The notes beneath the pieces are model-generated. The model was not told where the DNA came from and made no database searches. It saw nothing but the letters and a program-made list of their open reading frames with translations. Positions 1 through 6,483 of a stretch of DNA of 14,176 bases are shown in pieces. The DNA comes from Promethearchaeota archaeon. GTDB lineage: Archaea; Asgardarchaeota; Lokiarchaeia; Sigyniarchaeales; SOKP01. The stretch spans positions 1 to 14,176 of the forward strand of contig RDOE01000086.1 of NCBI GenBank assembly GCA_011364975.1, written 5' to 3'. Every line of letters begins with the position of its first letter. Position 1 is the stretch's first letter. Both the position numbers and the translations under genes were made by a program.

Positions 1-642
1 AGTATATTAGAATTGAACATGAATATTTCTGATTCCGTGAATTACGAAGATCAAGATAGTTCAAATATGATTGTTTCTGTTAACTTTTTCATGGCAGCAA
101 TATCACAAAGTAATTCACTTGTACCATTAGATCCTGCGATATATATTTATTCGAAACTGTCTTATGATGTAAATACTAAAACTCAAAAAGGTTCATTTAC
201 AATACCGTCTCAAATGAGGTTTTCTTCATTAACAGGAACAAAATTAATTTCAACAGCATCAGATTATAATAATGTAGCCCAAGATGGATATATAGGATTA
301 ATTTTAATTACTATATTTGATAGCGAAGGAGAGAGTGACGATATTATAGTTGTTTTTATTATTCAAGAAGTATTTGGATTTGACTTATTGCTTGCTATAA
401 TTATTATAGGTGTTATTATCGTAGTTGGTATAAGTTTTATTATTATTTCACATAATCGAAAAAAAAGAAAGTCTGAAGTTCCAATCTCTCCAGCATATTA
501 TCTTCAACAAGAATCTAGTGAAATTCAAAGTGATGATTCTATTATAAGAAATGTGTATTATTGTCCATTCTGTGGAGAAAGATTGACTGGTTTAAGAAAC
601 TTTTGCCCAAGCTGCGGGAAATCTTTGAATTTTGATGAATGA
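1..642 (+). CDS. 5'-partial single-pass membrane protein with C-terminal cytoplasmic double zinc ribbon
   Basis: Frame is open from base 1 (AGT ATA TTA GAA TTG...), so the true start is probably upstream of the window. Hydrophobic helix LLLAIIIIGVIIVVGISFIII is followed by basic RKKRK, then CPFCG-x8-CPSCG. Stop is TGA at 640-642. Confidence 0.8.
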   Translation, partial: SILELNMNISDSVNYEDQDSSNMIVSVNFFMAAISQSNSLVPLDPAIYIYSKLSYDVNTKTQKGSFTIPSQMRFSSLTGTKLISTASDYNNVAQDGYIGLILITIFDSEGESDDIIVVFIIQEVFGFDLLLAIIIIGVIIVVGISFIIISHNRKKRKSEVPISPAYYLQQESSEIQSDDSIIRNVYYCPFCGERLTGLRNFCPSCGKSLNFDE

Positions 643-662
643 TTCTTTAATTCATCGTTTTT

Positions 663-1280
663 TTATTCTTTTAATGATTTTATGATTTGATTGGGATCTT
701 TTGCATTTAAAATTGTGCTAGTACTGCTTAATATATCTGATTTCAATATTTTAGCATTTATTAAATTAATACCACCGTCAACTTCTATTAAAAAATCATA
801 TTGTTTTTTATACTCAATTAATGCATTTACTTTTTCAATAGAATTAGGGATAAATTCTTGACCAGAACTACCAGGATAAACTGACATAACCAATACTAAA
901 TCTAACTCTTTTAAAAAAGGGAGAATTTCACTTATTTTAGTATCTGGGCTTATAGCTATTCCTACTTTTTTGCTTCTCCCTTTAATATTCATTATGATTT
1001 TTCTAATATCTTGCTCGATTTCAAAGTGAAAAGTGAAAATGTCGACATAATTTATGATTTTTTCAATATAGTCATAAGGATTTACAACCATAAGATGAGC
1101 GATAATCGGAATATCAAAATTCTCCTTTAAAATATTGAAAATATTTAAATTGTCATATTTTACATTAGTATACTTCCCATCAGCTACATCTACATGAATA
1201 TAATCTAACCCTTTCAAATTTGAAATAATATTAACATCAAATTGATCTACTGCATGAAGAGAAACTGCTATTTTTTTCAT
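663..1280 (-). CDS. rpe: Ribulose-phosphate 3-epimerase
   Basis: Rpe motifs IHVDVADG (metal ligands His/Asp), [30 protein letters not shown]. Lies next to rpiA. Confidence 0.92.
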   Translation of the reverse strand: MKKIAVSLHAVDQFDVNIISNLKGLDYIHVDVADGKYTNVKYDNLNIFNILKENFDIPIIAHLMVVNPYDYIEKIINYVDIFTFHFEIEQDIRKIIMNIKGRSKKVGIAISPDTKISEILPFLKELDLVLVMSVYPGSSGQEFIPNSIEKVNALIEYKKQYDFLIEVDGGINLINAKILKSDILSSTSTILNAKDPNQIIKSLKE

Positions 1281-1322
1281 AATACAAGACTACTATATGC
1301 TTCTTTATTAAAATAGAATCAC

Positions 1323-2030
1323 TTATTGATGAATTACTTCAACCGAACCATCTTTTTGGCCTATATAAACACTTGAAGTCATACCAATAAATAAGCCCGT
1401 ATCCACAATACCCGGAATCTGTTTAATTAAATTATTTATCTCAGATGGATTCTTAATTATGCCAAAATCAGCATCGATAATGAAATTACCATTATCACTA
1501 ACAACAGGACCCATCTTTTTCTGGGCCATTCTTAATATCGGACTTCCTCCAATTTCTTTTAATTTATTCATAACAGCGACATATGCCATTGGGATTACTT
1601 CAATAGGAATACCGTTTCTCCAATTTTCCCCAAGATTTCTGGACTTTTTACGAAAATCCACTATAATGATAAGCTTCCTTGCGTTTGAGGCAATTATCTT
1701 TTCCTGAACATGACAACCACCGCCACCTTTGATAAGATTGAGATCTAAGTCAACTTCATCCGCCCCATCAAAGTCAATATCAATTTCAGGGTATTGATCT
1801 AAAGATACAAGTTCCAACTTATTATCTATTATTAATTGATACGACTGAAAAGAAGTAGGAATACATTTTAAGTTTAGATTTTTAGCTTTGTTAATCCTTC
1901 CTATTTCCTTTACAGCATAAACTATAGTAGAACCACTTCCGATCCCTAATACCATTCCTTTCTTGACATTATCTTCTACTGCTTTGATTGCAGCATTCTT
2001 TTTTCCCATCTCTATTAAATCTTCAGTCAT
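1323..2030 (-). CDS. rpiA: Ribose-5-phosphate isomerase A
   Basis: RpiA motifs GIGSGST, DGADEVD, IKGGGG, EKIIA, SDNGNFIID, PGIVDTGLF. Start is ATG at 2030 or GTG at 2033, preceded by GGTAAGAG. Confidence 0.96.
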   Translation of the reverse strand: MTEDLIEMGKKNAAIKAVEDNVKKGMVLGIGSGSTIVYAVKEIGRINKAKNLNLKCIPTSFQSYQLIIDNKLELVSLDQYPEIDIDFDGADEVDLDLNLIKGGGGCHVQEKIIASNARKLIIIVDFRKKSRNLGENWRNGIPIEVIPMAYVAVMNKLKEIGGSPILRMAQKKMGPVVSDNGNFIIDADFGIIKNPSEINNLIKQIPGIVDTGLFIGMTSSVYIGQKDGSVEVIHQ

Positions 2031-2046
2031 CACTCTTACCAGATTG

Positions 2047-2469
2047 TTACTTTTTTCTTAAATTAAGGATTTTAATTGCTAAGTAGGCAGCATTCTCCCC
2101 TCGATCTATTCCTACACATGCGACAGGAACTTGTGGGGGCATTTGCACAATGGATAATAATGCATCTAAACCTCCTAATTTTGCACTAACGGGTACCCCT
2201 ATCACAGGTTTATCCGTTTTAGAAGCTATAGTTCCTGGTAACGCCGCAGATAATCCAGCAACTGCAATAAATATCAATGCTTTAGAATGTTTCAAATAAT
2301 CATCAAGTTTATCAGGATCTCGATGGGCAGAGATAATTTGAAGATCATAAGATATGTTATTTTCATTCAACACTTTTATCGCCTTTTCATAGACTTCTTT
2401 GTCTGAAGTACTACCCGCTATAATTGAAACTAGAGGATTATTACTTTTTTTACCGTTTAAATCATCCAT
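2047..2469 (-). CDS. purE: AIR carboxylase / N5-CAIR mutase (PurE)
   Basis: Motifs [44 protein letters not shown] prefer the ATG at 2469 (MDDLNG) over 2514 because a TATA-like box lies about 20-30 nt upstream of it on the minus strand. Confidence 0.93.
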   Translation of the reverse strand: MDDLNGKKSNNPLVSIIAGSTSDKEVYEKAIKVLNENNISYDLQIISAHRDPDKLDDYLKHSKALIFIAVAGLSAALPGTIASKTDKPVIGVPVSAKLGGLDALLSIVQMPPQVPVACVGIDRGENAAYLAIKILNLRKK

Positions 2470-2487
2470 ATTTAAATTAGAATTCTT

Positions 2488-2499
2488 AATTATAAAAAA
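2488..2499 (-). promoter_or_regulatory. Candidate TATA box for the purE-rpiA-rpe operon
   Basis: Minus strand reads TTTTTATAATT about 20-30 nt upstream of the ATG at 2469, consistent with archaeal leaderless or short-leader transcription. Confidence 0.4.
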
Positions 2500-2579
2500 T
2501 CTCCTAATTATCATTTCATAGATAATTTCATTTTTCTAAAAGATAACTTTCCTGTTCGATATTGCTCCTCCTTACTATC

Positions 2580-2597
2580 AAAAAGTTTAATATAATT
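2580..2597 (+). promoter_or_regulatory. Candidate BRE + TATA promoter for the thiolase
   Basis: Purine run AAAAAG followed by TTTAATATAATT, about 80 nt upstream of the ATG at 2676. An AGAGGGA SD-like site precedes the ATG. Confidence 0.35.
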
Positions 2598-2675
2598 TCA
2601 CAATATCATAAATTAACATTGAGAATTTATTAAAAATAATAAATACAATTTTCGAAAAATTAGAGGGATAAAAAA

Positions 2676-3977
2676 ATGGAAATGAAAGATGTATGGTTAA
2701 TAGATTATGCTCGAACTGCTTTCAGTAGGAGTCGTCCTAAAGAGCCTGAAAGAGATGTCTTTGGCGAAATTCGTGGTGATGAGCTTCTAGCCACATTACT
2801 AATGAAGTTTTTCGATGAAAAGCTTGCTAATAAAGGTATTGAGAAAAAAGATATTCAAGAATTCAGTGTCGGTTCTGCTATGGGTGTCTTAGAAGGATGG
2901 ACATACGGAGGAAAACAACCCACCTTTTTAGCTGACTTCCCCGTTGAAACATCTTCTTTTTTTGTGGATAAACAATGTGGCTCAGGAGGAGCAGGAATGC
3001 AATTTGTAGCAATGGAAATTATGTCTGGGTTTACAAAGATTGGATTAACTGCTGGAGTAGAACATATGACTCGTATTCCTATGCAGAATACAGGAGTGGT
3101 TGCGAATTTAAAAATGGTGAATAAGAATAGTGATTGGTATAGACCCCAGTACGATTTTGTTAATGCTATAAACATGTTGCAAACAGCCCAAAAACTTTAC
3201 GAACAAGAAAGTCCTTATATCAAAAAAGAAGATATGGATAAGTTTGGGGTTAGAAGTCATAATTTAACTGTAAAAAATACCGAAGAGGGATGGTTTAAAG
3301 GAGAAATTATCCCAATTATGGCACATGCCGAAGGTAATGTAGATGATAAACTTTTAATCGATAGAGATATGGCTGCTAGAAAATCAACTCTAGAAAATGT
3401 TTCCAAATTACCAAGAATATCAAATCCATTCTTTCTCAAAGAAAATGCTTATGGAGAAGATTTAGGAGGAAGAAAGGGTTATGAAGAAAGAGAAGGTACA
3501 AAGCAAGGTGTAATTACACCTGGAAATTCTTCCCCCTTAAATGCTGGTGCAACTGCAGCTGTTTTAATGGAAGCTGGAGAGGCTCAAAAACGAGGGCTTG
3601 AGCCAATGGCTAGAATTGTTTCACTAGGATGGGCAGGTGTAGATCCAACAGTAATGGGAAGAGGACCAGTACCTGCTTCTGAGATGGCATTAAAGTATGC
3701 GGGATTAACCGCTGATGATATCGATTTCTGGGAAATCAATGAAGCATTTTGTATTGTTGCTCTTAATTGTATGAAACAATTAAAGATTCCGGAAGAAAAA
3801 GTTAATGTTATGGGCGGAGCAACAGCAATCGGTCACCCCTTAGGTTCTACAATGGTTCGATTGACGGGGACACTCGCTAGAATTTTAAAAGATAAAAAAG
3901 GTAAGTATGGTATTGCTAACGCTTGTATTGGGGGAGGACAAGGAATTGCAATCCTTCTTGAAAATCCAAACGTCTAA
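2676..3977 (+). CDS. Thiolase (acetyl-CoA C-acyltransferase/acetyltransferase)
   Basis: RTAF N-terminal motif, nucleophile loop KQCGSG, GVEHMTR, TPGNSSPLNAGA, EINEAF, GHPLG and CIGGGQG. All catalytic residues are present. Confidence 0.95.
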   Translation: MEMKDVWLIDYARTAFSRSRPKEPERDVFGEIRGDELLATLLMKFFDEKLANKGIEKKDIQEFSVGSAMGVLEGWTYGGKQPTFLADFPVETSSFFVDKQCGSGGAGMQFVAMEIMSGFTKIGLTAGVEHMTRIPMQNTGVVANLKMVNKNSDWYRPQYDFVNAINMLQTAQKLYEQESPYIKKEDMDKFGVRSHNLTVKNTEEGWFKGEIIPIMAHAEGNVDDKLLIDRDMAARKSTLENVSKLPRISNPFFLKENAYGEDLGGRKGYEEREGTKQGVITPGNSSPLNAGATAAVLMEAGEAQKRGLEPMARIVSLGWAGVDPTVMGRGPVPASEMALKYAGLTADDIDFWEINEAFCIVALNCMKQLKIPEEKVNVMGGATAIGHPLGSTMVRLTGTLARILKDKKGKYGIANACIGGGQGIAILLENPNV

Positions 3978-4000
3978 ATAGGTCAAAATCCTATTTTTTT
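3976..4000 (+). terminator. Hairpin plus oligo-T terminator after the thiolase
   Basis: Stem AAATAGG (3976-3982) pairs with CCTATTT (3990-3996) around a 7-nt loop and runs into T7. Further T7 tracts lie at 4021-4027 and 4053-4059. Confidence 0.55.
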
Positions 4001-4151
4001 CTTATTTCTATAATTTGATATTTTTTTGCTCCTTTGAGGTCTTTTATTCAAATTTTTTTGATACTTTATCGAAATATTTAAATATCAATTTATAACATTT
4101 AGACTTACTAAAAACCAATGTTCAAATTTTAGTTATTTTTGGTGAATTAAA

Positions 4152-4364
4152 ATGCCAGTATATAAATCAATACAGCTTGTTGCTACAAGCGATAAAAATT
4201 GGGCTGAAGCGGTTCGTGCAGGCTATGATGAGGCCAAGAAGACGTTAAGAGGAATTCGAAATATACAGATTATAGAATCTGATGTTAAAGTTAAGGAAGA
4301 TCAAGATAAGCTTATTTATCGTGTTCGAATTCAAGTGAATTTCCAGTTGGAAAAAACAGATTAA
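4152..4364 (+). CDS. Dodecin-family protein (calcium-dodecin/Rv0379-like branch)
   Basis: 70 aa with the dodecin pattern VYKxIxLVxTS-x3-W-x2-A...KTLR...YRV-x3-V-x-F. SD GGTGA at 4141-4145. Confidence 0.88.
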   Translation: MPVYKSIQLVATSDKNWAEAVRAGYDEAKKTLRGIRNIQIIESDVKVKEDQDKLIYRVRIQVNFQLEKTD

Positions 4365-4524
4365 AGAACCTAATAAAAAATCCTAAAATATTTTATTTTT
4401 TCTTTTTAATATTTGTCAGAATTTTAAGATAATTATCTTTTCTAACACCTAAATTTAAATACATGTCTATGATTAGAAATAAAATATTCTTAGTATAATT
4501 TTTAATATAATTGAATAGTTAAAA

Positions 4525-4632
4525 ATGACCGATTTCCTTGAAACTTACAGTAGATTCATAATTGCAGGAATAGTTTCTTTAATTATCATTATTGTTTGCT
4601 GCACTTTACATAACAAATTAATGAAAAAATAG
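4525..4632 (+). CDS. Putative 35-aa single-pass membrane microprotein (not in the ORF track)
   Basis: ATG at 4525 to TAG at 4632 translates as MTDFLETYSRFIIAGIVSLIIIIVCCTLHNKLMKK, with one hydrophobic helix and a basic C-terminus. TATA-like TTTAATATAA at 4501-4510 and a T7 tract at 4639-4645. It fills an otherwise empty gap of about 315 nt. Confidence 0.6.
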   Translation: MTDFLETYSRFIIAGIVSLIIIIVCCTLHNKLMKK

Positions 4633-4680
4633 AAGACCTTTTTTTAATCATTCCTTGAAAATTGGGAGTTTGGGAATAAT

Positions 4681-5193
4681 TTATTGAAGATTTTTTCTTC
4701 TTTGAGAATCTAAAAGTTCCCTAATATGATGAACAGCTTGAATTCCGTATGTAAACTTCGGATCAAGATCTAATGTCTTTTCATAGTACTCTAAAGCACC
4801 CTCCAAATCCTCTTTAAGTTCAAAAATTAACCCAATATTATAATAACAATGTTTATAATCTGGTTTTATACTGAGAGCTTTATTACAGGAATCTAAAGCT
4901 AAATCATAATCTCCTAAATTAGTAAAAGCGATTCCAAGGTTATAATGAGCCCTATAATTTGAAGGATCTAATTCAATAATTCTTTTAAAGCATTCAACTG
5001 CTTTTTGGTAATCCACTACATATATATCATTTAAATAGGCTCCGTAAGCAAAAAGTACTTTAATTAAAGCGTTCTTAATTGCATCGTTTGGATTTTCTCG
5101 ATATAACTTTTCTAATAGAATAAGCGAATCTTCGAATTTTTCATCTTGCATCAAGGTTATTGCTTTTTTAATGTTATCTTCAATGTTTGGCAT
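4681..5193 (-). CDS. Tetratricopeptide-repeat protein (about 4 TPRs)
   Basis: Repeated TPR consensus: AVECFKRIIELDP, AHYNLGIAF...ALSIKP, CYYNIGLIF...TLDLDP. SD AGGTGG upstream of the ATG. Confidence 0.9.
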   Translation of the reverse strand: MPNIEDNIKKAITLMQDEKFEDSLILLEKLYRENPNDAIKNALIKVLFAYGAYLNDIYVVDYQKAVECFKRIIELDPSNYRAHYNLGIAFTNLGDYDLALDSCNKALSIKPDYKHCYYNIGLIFELKEDLEGALEYYEKTLDLDPKFTYGIQAVHHIRELLDSQRRKNLQ

Positions 5194-5238
5194 TAAACCA
5201 CCTAAGGATAAATTTATCTTAGTAATGCATTATTCATT

Positions 5239-5694
5239 TTAAATATCCTTTTCATAGATAAAATATTTTGATTTCTTTACACCTAATTTCATAAAGACAC
5301 TCCTAAGGGCACCATCTTCATCTGGACAGAAGAAATAGACTTTATCTAATTTAAGAGTTTTTTTAATGTATAGTTGAATTTCTTTTATTATCATTTCTTC
5401 AATCCCTTTTTTAAAAGAATCATCTTTTTTGGATAATACTTGGTGAATTATCGCCCTATCATTGCCCAAATAATCTCTAAAAACTGTATAAGTACCCCAT
5501 CCCACAATCCTTCCATTTTCTTTTGCAACGACCATAGAATTTCGGTATTGGAGGTCTAAAACTCTTTTATTAAGTTCAGTTTCAAACTTTTTCCAATGAG
5601 AGAAGAAATAAGATTTATTATTTATGAAATCTTCAAAAATTTCTTTTAGAGCTTCTCGATCCAATCTAGGATCAAAACGATCAATTACAATCAT
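5239..5694 (-). CDS. GNAT-fold (N-acetyltransferase-like) protein with degenerate acetyl-CoA motif
   Basis: 151 aa. Typical GNAT strand pattern MVVAKENGRIVGW, AIIHQVL, a motif-A-like KKGIE and a C-terminal VFMKLGV (compare FYEKLGF). Confidence 0.6.
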   Translation of the reverse strand: MIVIDRFDPRLDREALKEIFEDFINNKSYFFSHWKKFETELNKRVLDLQYRNSMVVAKENGRIVGWGTYTVFRDYLGNDRAIIHQVLSKKDDSFKKGIEEMIIKEIQLYIKKTLKLDKVYFFCPDEDGALRSVFMKLGVKKSKYFIYEKDI

Positions 5695-5849
5695 TAATAT
5701 CTCACATTAAAAAGTATAATTTCAATCGATTTTAGAATAATATTTCTGTTAATGAGTAATTATTTTATAATATTGTTTTCTTGAAATTATAATTCTAGTT
5801 TAATAAAAATTGTTTATTAATAGACCATATTAATTAGCTTTGACCTATT

Positions 5850-6371
5850 ATGAACAAAAAAAAGAAATTACTCAAGGAACGAATAGTAATTCCATTCAAA
5901 AAATCTCATCCCAATGCGGTGCTACCTCAGATCATAAATGAAGGAGATGCGGGAGCAGATGCTCGAATTTTTGCTTTTAAAAAAATCAAAATCGGGAAAA
6001 ATTCAAAAGAATTGATTGATATTGAAACAGAGTCCTACACACTAAAGCCCTTGGAGAGGATAGCTTGTACTTTAGGCTTTGCTACAGCCATTCCCAAAGG
6101 TTTTTATTTTAAAGTCGTCCCTCGAAGCGGTCTTGCTCTATGGAATGGTATTTCTATAGTTAATAGCCCTGGAACAATAGATTCAGGCTATAGGAATGAA
6201 TGGATGGCTATAGTGATCAATCTATCCAATGAAGAATTTACCCTACACAAAGGTGATCGGATTTGCCAGTTGATATTGTCAAAAATGTATGAATATGAAG
6301 TCTTAGAAGTAGAGGAGTTACCCGAATCGAAGAGAGGGCTCGGTGGATTCGGATCGACAGGAAAGGGCTAG
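5850..6371 (+). CDS. dut: Trimeric dUTP diphosphatase (dUTPase)
   Basis: All five motifs are present: AGAD, PRSGLA, GTIDSGYR, GDRICQL, RGLGGFGSTG. Confidence 0.95.
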   Translation: MNKKKKLLKERIVIPFKKSHPNAVLPQIINEGDAGADARIFAFKKIKIGKNSKELIDIETESYTLKPLERIACTLGFATAIPKGFYFKVVPRSGLALWNGISIVNSPGTIDSGYRNEWMAIVINLSNEEFTLHKGDRICQLILSKMYEYEVLEVEELPESKRGLGGFGSTGKG

Positions 6372-6483
6372 ACAAGCTCTTGTTTTAAATGAAAGTTGAT
6401 TTAGCAAAATTCAAATTCTTATTTTAATTTAGTTAATTATCTGATTTCATAAATTTTCAAATTTTATTATTTAGGTTGATAAA

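Noticed and set aside
640-690. Possible selenocysteine readthrough of the TGA ending the first ORF
   Set aside because: The zinc ribbon is already complete, readthrough runs into the convergent rpe gene, and no SECIS-like hairpin is visible.
1459-1707. 82-aa + strand ORF
   Set aside because: Antisense shadow fully inside rpiA, with no motifs.
2551-2575. GC-richer patch with GTTCGA (T-loop-like) in the purE/thiolase spacer
   Set aside because: No T-stem pairing or cloverleaf can be built, so it is not a tRNA.
2855-3439. Minus-strand ORFs 2855-3175 and 3257-3439
   Set aside because: Antisense shadows of the thiolase.
4463-4498. 11-codon ORF MSMIRNKIFLV upstream of the microprotein
   Set aside because: Length expected by chance, with no SD or distinguishing features.
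5850-6371. dUTPase as a provirus marker
   Set aside because: No integrase, capsid, terminase or att-like repeats, and the flanking genes are housekeeping.
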